Positions 7,304 through 12,537 of a stretch of DNA of 13,998 bases are shown one piece after another. Both the position numbers and the translations under genes were made by a program. The DNA is taken from the IMG/VR virus record IMGVR_UViG_2740892233_000016, positions 1-13,998 of that record. One strand, given 5' to 3'. Source of the DNA: a virus. Taxonomy: Duplodnaviria > Heunggongvirae > Uroviricota > Caudoviricetes. The notes under the pieces were generated by a model that was given only the letters and a program-made list of their open reading frames with translations, was not told where the DNA came from and did not search any database. Every line of letters begins with the position of its first letter. Position 1 is the first letter of the stretch.

Positions 7304-7319
7304 CCGGAGAGGTGGAATT

Positions 7320-7730
7320 ATGACGGCACAGATAGCCGCTTACGGGCGGCTGGTGGACGACCCGCAGGTAAAACAGACCAGCAAGGGCACACCGATGACG
7401 CTGGCGCGTATGGCGGTATCTTTGCCATGCAGCCAGGCACAGGACGGACAGGCGACGTTATGGTTATCGGTCATCGCATTTGGCAAACAGGCCGACTTCC
7501 TGGCTAAACATCAAAAAGGCGATGTTGCCAGCGTATCCGGCACGATGCAGGTAAGCCAGTGGACCGGACAGAACGGAGAAACGCGGCAGGGCTGGCAGGT
7601 TATCGCAGACAGCGTAATCAGTGCCCGCGCGGCACGTCCAGGCGGGAACAGACGCAAAACCACAGGCACACAGGGTAATCAGCCACCAGCGGGAGGCGAT
7701 GACCCTTACGGTGATGATATTTCGTTCTGA
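7320..7730 (+). CDS. ssb: Single-stranded DNA-binding protein
   Basis: 136 aa from ATG 7320 (RBS GGAGAGGTGG); OB-fold pattern aligns with E. coli SSB (..GRLVDDPQVK.. / ..WLSVIAFGKQADFLAKHQKGDVASVSG..QVSQWTGQNGETRQ..), acidic C-terminal tail ...DDPYGDDISF. Confidence 0.85.
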   Translation: MTAQIAAYGRLVDDPQVKQTSKGTPMTLARMAVSLPCSQAQDGQATLWLSVIAFGKQADFLAKHQKGDVASVSGTMQVSQWTGQNGETRQGWQVIADSVISARAARPGGNRRKTTGTQGNQPPAGGDDPYGDDISF

Positions 7731-7740
7731 GGGGGTGACG

Positions 7741-8013
7741 ATGGTACATGACCGCATAGCGGAGGAACTGGAGGCGAAAGGCTTTTACCGGAGGGCGGCG
7801 GCGCGATGGGGTGAAGTCATGCAGCTGGTGGAGACAGACAAGGAACGGCATCACATCACGATGCGACGGCTGGAATGTTCAAGGAAGGCACAGAGGGCAC
7901 CGGAGCCGCCGGATAATTTCGGAGACCTGAAAAAGGCAGTCGATCGCACTTATGCCGAAATGGGTATAGATGGTGCTGGTGATGAAATATGGCGCAATTA
8001 CCAGGACAGCTAA
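7741..8013 (+). CDS. PerC-like transcriptional regulator
   Basis: 90 aa; N-terminus MVHDRIAEELEAKGFYRRAAARW... resembles the PerC-family N-terminal signature (recalled from memory; needs HMM confirmation). Confidence 0.55.
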   Translation: MVHDRIAEELEAKGFYRRAAARWGEVMQLVETDKERHHITMRRLECSRKAQRAPEPPDNFGDLKKAVDRTYAEMGIDGAGDEIWRNYQDS

Positions 8014-8019
8014 TCAAAC

Positions 8020-8043
8020 AGCCGGAGAAATCCGGCTTTTTTT
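8020..8043 (+). terminator. Rho-independent terminator (AGCCGGA-GAAA-TCCGGCT + T7)
   Basis: Perfect 7-bp stem, GAAA loop, T-run. Confidence 0.65.
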
Positions 8044-8139
8044 GCACCAGTTGAAACGGTATGGCGCATTACCGGGTTTTCGTCACGGTCAGGCATAGTT
8101 ACTATCTGAAACAAACAGACACAACAGAGGAAAAAAACA

Positions 8140-8364
8140 ATGCCGATGAAATTTGATGAGATATTAAAACAGCGTGATAAATACCATGCTGACAACATGG
8201 AGACGATGAGCATCAATGATTACCGCGCATTCCTGGAGACGGGCGCACTGATTGAAAAGGATCAGCATGGTTTTGTGAGATGTGCTCTATCCGGTGAAAT
8301 GCTGGCGGTAAATCCTGAACAGATAGATGCATTGATAGAATTTCTGAAAGAGATCAGAGACTGA
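8140..8364 (+). CDS. Hypothetical protein (74 aa)
   Basis: RBS GAGG upstream of ATG; followed by two terminators. Confidence 0.5.
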   Translation: MPMKFDEILKQRDKYHADNMETMSINDYRAFLETGALIEKDQHGFVRCALSGEMLAVNPEQIDALIEFLKEIRD

Positions 8365-8383
8365 GCCAGCACACAGCACACAT

Positions 8384-8406
8384 AGCCGGAGCAATCCGGC
8401 TTTTTT
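8384..8406 (+). terminator. Rho-independent terminator (AGCCGGA-GCAA-TCCGGCT + T6)
   Basis: Near-identical to the hairpins at 8020 and 10658. Confidence 0.65.
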
Positions 8407-8412
8407 GCGCCC

Positions 8413-8454
8413 AAAAAAAGCCCGATAAGGTCAGAGGGTTCTTATCGGGCTTTT
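8413..8454. terminator. Bidirectional terminator-like hairpin (A7 - GCCCGATAAG...CTTATCGGGC - T4)
   Basis: 10-bp perfect stem with 11-nt loop, flanked by A-run and T-run. Confidence 0.5.
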
Positions 8455-8510
8455 GCATATGAGGTTTTTGGATGCACTGGCGTTCGTGATCGGGATAATC
8501 ATTTCATAAT

Positions 8511-8580
8511 TTGCAACATAACTCAATATCATTGCATAAAATGCAATTCTGATTATAATCAGGACTGGATGAACATCCAG
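8511..8580 (+). promoter_or_regulatory. Late (morphogenesis) promoter region: TTGCAT-N16-TATAAT embedded in three perfect palindromes
   Basis: ATTGCATAAAATGCAAT (8531..8547), CTGATTATAATCAG (8549..8562, contains TATAAT), CTGGATGAACATCCAG (8565..8580); the downstream operon starts at 8616. Confidence 0.5.
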
Positions 8581-8615
8581 TTATGATTTTTTAAGTCGAA
8601 GAGGAATTTCTTACT

Positions 8616-8822
8616 ATGGCTGAAGAGAAAAAAGGCGGTGTTTCGGTGTACATAAGCCCCGACATCGTGAAGGCGCTCAAGGAACGCCACCAGCAGAACG
8701 TAAAAGCAGGCATTGCGGCAGGACTTGATCCGCTGGCGATGGTTGAGCCGTCAACAGGCTGGCAGGTCCGCGCCTATTTACGCGCGGCGCTGGGCATGAA
8801 TCAGACGCATGGAGGTGAATAA
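8616..8822 (+). CDS. Hypothetical protein (68 aa), translationally coupled to the capsid gene
   Basis: Stop TAA overlaps capsid ATG (TAATGG); RBS GAGGAA upstream. Confidence 0.5.
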   Translation: MAEEKKGGVSVYISPDIVKALKERHQQNVKAGIAAGLDPLAMVEPSTGWQVRAYLRAALGMNQTHGGE

Positions 8823-9877
8823 TGGCAGGCAAAGCAACGGCACTTAACACTAACCAGCTTTTCGCGTACCTGAATCGCGGGGATATTGCAGAATTTAAAT
8901 TCAGTCCGCTGTTTACCACGCTGTTTTTCCCGAACGTGGCGACCTTCAACACCCAGAACATCATGCTGGACACCCTGGACATTGAAGAGGTTACGATGTC
9001 AGCGTTCTGTTCGCCTATGGTGGGTAGTCAGGTCCAGCGCGATAAAGGGTACGAAACCAGCACGATTAAACCAGGCTACATGAAACCCAAACACGAAATC
9101 GATCCAACAAAAACCATCATGCGCATGGCTGGAGAAGATCCGGCACAGCTTAACGATCCTACCTATCGCCGTATGCGCCTGATTACTGGCAACATGCGCC
9201 GCCAGATAAACGCCATTAAGGCACGCGTGGAATGGCTGGCGGTGAATGCGGTAACGACCGGAAAAAACCTCATTGAGGGCGAAGGCATAGAACGCTATGA
9301 AATCGACTGGAAGATCCCGGAAAGCAATATCATAGAACAGGCTGACGGTAAAAAATGGTCTGAGCTGGATAAAGAAACACACGATCCAATCTATGACATC
9401 GAGCTTTATGCTGATCAGGGCAATTGCCCCGCAAACGTCATGATTATGGGCGCTGAAGTATGGCGCACGTTACGCAGCTTTAAAAAATTCCGCGAACTGT
9501 ACGACCTTTCCCGTGGTTCAGAATCCGCCGCAGAACTGGCCTGTAAAAACCTGGGTGAAGTGGTGAGCTTTAAAGGCTATCTGGGCGATATTGCCCTTGT
9601 CGTCTATTCCGGCAAATACACTGACAGCGACTGCACCGAAAAATATTTCCTTGAGCCTGATTTGCTGGTCCTGGGTAACACCAACAATAAAGGGCTGGTG
9701 GCCTATGGTGCGATTATGGATCAGGAAGCGGTCAGAACGGGCGCAACGCAAAACATGTTTTACCCGAAAAACTGGATTGAGGACGGCGATCCGGCGATTG
9801 AGTACGTGCAGACGCACAGCGCACCGCAGCCGGTACCGGCAGATATTCGCAAATTTGTTACCGTCAAAATTGGTTAA
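8822..9877 (+). CDS. Major capsid protein, lambda gpE-like
   Basis: 351 aa; collinear similarity to lambda gpE: FKFSPLFTTLFF vs FKFDPLFLRLFF; KPGYMKPKHEIDP vs TPGYVKPKHEVNP; EDPAQLNDPTYRRMRLI vs EDPQNLADPAYRRRRII; SFKGYLGDIALVVYSGKY vs SYKGMYGDVAIVVYSGQY; FYPKNWIEDGDPAIEY..HSAP vs RYPKNWVTTGDPAREF..QSAP. Confidence 0.9.
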   Translation: MAGKATALNTNQLFAYLNRGDIAEFKFSPLFTTLFFPNVATFNTQNIMLDTLDIEEVTMSAFCSPMVGSQVQRDKGYETSTIKPGYMKPKHEIDPTKTIMRMAGEDPAQLNDPTYRRMRLITGNMRRQINAIKARVEWLAVNAVTTGKNLIEGEGIERYEIDWKIPESNIIEQADGKKWSELDKETHDPIYDIELYADQGNCPANVMIMGAEVWRTLRSFKKFRELYDLSRGSESAAELACKNLGEVVSFKGYLGDIALVVYSGKYTDSDCTEKYFLEPDLLVLGNTNNKGLVAYGAIMDQEAVRTGATQNMFYPKNWIEDGDPAIEYVQTHSAPQPVPADIRKFVTVKIG

Positions 9878-9889
9878 CGGGGGGATTCT

Positions 9890-10225
9890 ATGGACACTCC
9901 ATACATTGAGTTATTTGCAGGTAGTCAGCAGGTATCCACGACGCTGGTACATTTTGCTGCTGATGCTGGCGTTATTCAGGAATTTACCCCGCTGATGCTG
10001 GCGGAAAATGGCGAGTTTAAGCCGTGGGATGGTCAGGAATCTGGCAAGGCTGTTTATCTGACCTCGTACCCCGTGGACACGTCGACGCAGAAATCAGCAC
10101 AGTGCTACAAGACGGGGATATTCAATATTGCCGCCGTTAACTGGCCTGAGAGCGCCGACACCGACGCGAAAAAATGCGCCGCCTTTGCGGGTTCTGGCGT
10201 ATCCGTTCAGCCGCTGGCGCGATAA
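9890..10225 (+). CDS. Head decoration protein, lambda gpD-like
   Basis: 111 aa; TPLMLAENGEFKPWDG... and ...CYKTGIFNIAAVNWPESADTDAKKCAAFAGSGVSVQ parallel lambda gpD TPLMLDTSSRKLVAWDG... and ...[36 protein letters not shown]. Confidence 0.85.
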   Translation: MDTPYIELFAGSQQVSTTLVHFAADAGVIQEFTPLMLAENGEFKPWDGQESGKAVYLTSYPVDTSTQKSAQCYKTGIFNIAAVNWPESADTDAKKCAAFAGSGVSVQPLAR

Positions 10226-10237
10226 GCAGGGGGAACG

Positions 10238-10651
10238 ATGGCAACGAATGAAAGTATCATGACGCTACCGCTGGCGAGTAAATTTAAAGCCGAAGCGCGG
10301 GCAATGGCTGACAGAGGTTTATCAACCTACGAGGCCGTATATCAACTTAACAGCCTGGAAGAGAAGGACAAGCCGCGCGCTGATGCGATTATGGCGCTTC
10401 ATGAATCTGACGACTATCAGCCGCTGTTACGTGCAATGGCAAACGTGCCTTGTATTGATGTTGATACGGCTAAAAACATCCTGAACATGACCATAGAGCA
10501 GGAACGCCCGAAGGTTGCACCAGAGCTTACCGCAGCCTTTGAAAACTTTATGGACATGCACAGCCCACAAGCCGTATCAGCTGGCATGGCATACGATGGC
10601 AGAAACCCGGGCGATGACGGCGACATCGATCGCATACTGAAAACCATCTGA
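10238..10651 (+). CDS. Hypothetical protein (137 aa) in the capsid module
   Basis: RBS GGGGGAACG; follows gpD-like gene; ends at a terminator; no recognised family. Confidence 0.55.
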   Translation: MATNESIMTLPLASKFKAEARAMADRGLSTYEAVYQLNSLEEKDKPRADAIMALHESDDYQPLLRAMANVPCIDVDTAKNILNMTIEQERPKVAPELTAAFENFMDMHSPQAVSAGMAYDGRNPGDDGDIDRILKTI

Positions 10652-10657
10652 GACAAG

Positions 10658-10679
10658 GCCGGAGAAATCCGGCTTTTTT
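10658..10679 (+). terminator. Rho-independent terminator (GCCGGA-GAAA-TCCGGC + T6)
   Basis: Third copy of the same hairpin sequence. Confidence 0.65.
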
Positions 10680-10703
10680 GCGGGTCCTTTCCGGCATATG
10701 GAC

Positions 10704-10745
10704 CTGTTACGGGGCGGAGACCTCGCGGATTTTCGCTATTTATGA
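10704..10745 (+). other. cos site 1 (lambda-type cosN, variant cohesive-end sequence GGGCGGAGACCT at 10712..10723)
   Basis: CTGTTACG-GGGCGGAGACCT-CGCGGATTTTCGCTATTTATGA matches the lambda cos junction GTTACG-GGGCGGCGACCT-CGCGGGTTTTCGCTATTTATGA with 2 mismatches; lies about 145 bp upstream of the Nu1-like gene, as in lambda. Confidence 0.7.
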
Positions 10746-10818
10746 GCCTTTTCAGGGGGGTGGTGGTGGTTTTGTTGTTTGATCTATCTTTATGAATGAA
10801 AAGGGAAAGATGCAAGCA

Positions 10819-10854
10819 ATACACCAACCTGAAGCAGTAATTAAGTTGGTGTAT
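10819..10854. repeat. Perfect 10-bp inverted repeat ATACACCAAC-N16-GTTGGTGTAT abutting the Nu1-like start codon
   Basis: Directly seen; right arm ends 2 nt before the ATG at 10857. Confidence 0.6.
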
Positions 10855-10856
10855 TA

Positions 10857-11399
10857 ATGAAATCTCATCTGATGAACAAAAAAAACATGGCGAAAAGCTG
10901 CCGTGTAAGTGCGACAGCGTTCGACAAGTGGGGAGTAACTCCCGTTGAGCGTAAAGGCCGTGAGGCGTTTTATGATGTTGCCAGCGTGATAGAAAATAGG
11001 GTTAACAATGCAATTAGCCAGCTTATAAACGACAAAGGCGAGATTGACGATGATGAACTTTTACGAGTCAGGATCAGATTACTGACAGCACAGGCAGAGG
11101 CGCAGGAACTTAAAAACGATCGCGATCGCGGTGACGTGATTGATACTGAGTTTTGCCTGTACGCGCTTTCAAAGCTGGCGAGTCAGATTTCATCAATCAT
11201 GGACATCCTCCCGCTTACTATGCAAAGGAGCTTCCCACAGATTACCCCCGCCATGCTGGACAGGCTTAAAAGGGAAGTGGTTAAAGCCTGTAATGCCAGT
11301 GCCAGAGTTGCCGACAACCTCCCACAGATACTGGCTGATTACTTGAAAGAAACAACCGGAAACGTACCGGAAAAGTTGCTACAGAAGAAAGGCGAGTAA
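10857..11399 (+). CDS. Terminase small subunit homolog, lambda Nu1-like (possible packaging-redirection factor)
   Basis: 180 aa vs lambda Nu1 181 aa; LTAQAEAQELKNDRDRGDVIDTEFCLYALSKLASQISSIMDILPLTMQRSFPQ vs lambda LTRAQADAQELKNARDSAEVVETAFCTFVLSRIAGEIASILDGLPLSVQRRFPE; N-terminal DNA-binding region is similar but more diverged. True start may be the second ATG (10872). Confidence 0.85.
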   Translation: MKSHLMNKKNMAKSCRVSATAFDKWGVTPVERKGREAFYDVASVIENRVNNAISQLINDKGEIDDDELLRVRIRLLTAQAEAQELKNDRDRGDVIDTEFCLYALSKLASQISSIMDILPLTMQRSFPQITPAMLDRLKREVVKACNASARVADNLPQILADYLKETTGNVPEKLLQKKGE

Positions 11400-11427
11400 C
11401 AGACGCGCAATTATTGAACAAAAATGA

Positions 11428-11489
11428 GAAAGGATCTGATAATGGCATTTTCTGGCTAAAATGCCTCGTGTCAGATCCTTTCTTTTTTT
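11428..11489 (-). repeat. Nested inverted repeat GAAAGGATCTGA...TCAGATCCTTTC + T7 (cosB R-element-like for cos site 2; could also act as terminator for the Nu1-like gene)
   Basis: 12-bp perfect outer arms (11428..11439 / 11471..11482) with inner hairpin GGCATTTT-CTGGCT-AAAATGCC; same position and architecture as the lambda cosB repeat GAAAGGAAACGACAG...CTGTCGTTTCCTTTC relative to cosN. Confidence 0.55.
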
Positions 11490-11573
11490 AATATTTTCAT
11501 TGTTAAACAGTCTGTTACAGAGAAGAAGATCGGATCTGACTTTTGCCGGAAAATTCTCATAAACAGATAAAAA

Positions 11574-11596
11574 CCGCGAGGTCGCCGCCCCGTAAC
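11574..11596 (-). other. cos site 2 (exact lambda cosN including cohesive-end sequence GGGCGGCGACCT, minus orientation)
   Basis: + strand CCGCGAGGTCGCCGCCCCGTAAC is the exact reverse complement of lambda GTTACGGGGCGGCGACCTCGCGG; adjacent reverse-strand sequence TTTATGAGAATTTTCCGG matches lambda TTTATGAAAATTTTCCGG. Confidence 0.65.
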
Positions 11597-11654
11597 GGGC
11601 CATAATTCCAGGAAGGACCCGACGACACCAGACTATCAGAGCGATGGGGGCACA

Positions 11655-11936
11655 ATGACAGAAGCCGAACTACTGGGATTAATCCGCCGCGTCGCCGGAA
11701 TCAGCCAGCAGCATGACGAACAGGCCACACAGCCGGACAGCGTGACCGCTGAAAATTATGTGCGTGTTGTAGCGGAAGTGATGCGCCGTGATGGTATAGA
11801 ACTTAATGGCGTTGATATGCGCAACATACGGAACCGCGTTCTTGAAATGCTGGCCTACAATCGCCGCGTTGAACTGTATCGGGAGAAAGAAAAAATAACG
11901 TACCACTGGAAGAAGCCGGAACGGCTGCGGCGGTAA
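11655..11936 (+). CDS. Hypothetical protein (93 aa)
   Basis: ORF with RBS GGGGG; no recognised family. Confidence 0.45.
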   Translation: MTEAELLGLIRRVAGISQQHDEQATQPDSVTAENYVRVVAEVMRRDGIELNGVDMRNIRNRVLEMLAYNRRVELYREKEKITYHWKKPERLRR

Positions 11937-12024
11937 CTTGCTGATATTCCCGATAACGCAAAATTGCGCTGGCTACATCCCTCACATCTGAGGACTGTTA
12001 ACCAGAAGGCCGGAATATATTCAC

Positions 12025-12047
12025 AAACTACGAAATTTTCGTAGTTT
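12025..12047. repeat. Perfect 23-bp palindrome AAACTACGAAA-T-TTTCGTAGTTT near right junction
   Basis: Directly seen; 11-bp perfect arms. Confidence 0.6.
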
Positions 12048-12537
12048 AATTAATGGTCAGATTAATCGCTAACCCGCTGATATTTTCGGAAACCTCAATT
12101 TGAGGAAGTCGGAAGCGTCACCCTTCATATTCTGAATGGTCATAATGACCACGCAGACCATCAAGGCAACCACAACGAACATCGTTACGGTTGGAGCTTT
12201 TACCCCACTGGGGGAAAGGTATTACGATAATCATAACACCTACCGAACAGGTAAAACCCACCAGCCTGATTAACAGTTAACCGGAAAAAAAATCCGGTAG
12301 CCCCGTTATGGGGATCCCCATATCGACATTAACGCCCCTCATGAATTGGTGCGCTTCCCCCTGGAAAGATTACCCGCCTGTATATTTCTTGTGTCTATTT
12401 GTTCCACGTTGTTTCATACAGTGCACCGAACGGTGTAGTTAATGGTGTAGTCAATTTGCTGTTTTTAGCACTTTTTGCAGTGTGTGTTGTTTAATTAAAT
12501 CAATGGGTTGCCTTGCTGTGGTGATAAAAGGACATAT

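Larger units (their letters stand above)
1..12470. mobile_element. Integrated PICI-like phage satellite (cos-type); left end and attL outside window, right boundary uncertain (somewhere in 11940..12537)
   Basis: Gene content and order: P4-family integrase, AlpA, repressor modules, RepA-like ATPase plus iterons, SSB, capsid E/D homologs, cos, Nu1-like gene; followed by chromosomal phoQ. No long ORF between 11940 and phoQ. Confidence 0.6.

Noticed and set aside
8999-9817. Minus-strand ORFs (8999..9382, 9518..9817) inside the capsid gene
   Set aside because: Antisense to the gpE-like gene, which has strong collinear similarity to lambda gpE.
8020-10679. Possible CRISPR-like or dispersed repeat array from the thrice-repeated 23-mer
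   Set aside because: Only three copies with irregular spacing (about 360 bp and 2270 bp), each a hairpin plus T-run placed right after a stop codon; behaves as a terminator, not a CRISPR repeat.
11428-11489. Simple intrinsic terminator for the Nu1-like gene
   Set aside because: Not fully rejected, but the 34-nt loop is long for a terminator and the structure matches lambda cosB architecture in the opposite orientation next to an exact cosN match. It is reported primarily as a cosB-like element.
1-12470. Interpretation as a defective lambdoid prophage
   Set aside because: Gene order is not lambdoid: P4-family integrase plus AlpA at the end, RepA-like ATPase with adjacent iterons, no portal/protease/TerL/tail genes, and E/D in reversed order. 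A satellite with acquired lambda-type packaging and capsid genes fits better. A compound element cannot be excluded without flanking sequence.
11940-12537. tRNA or tmRNA fragment as attachment site at the right junction
   Set aside because: No T-arm-like GGTTCGA(A/G)TCC motif or acceptor-stem/CCA arrangement was recognisable by eye; the site may be non-tRNA or outside what I can detect without a search tool.
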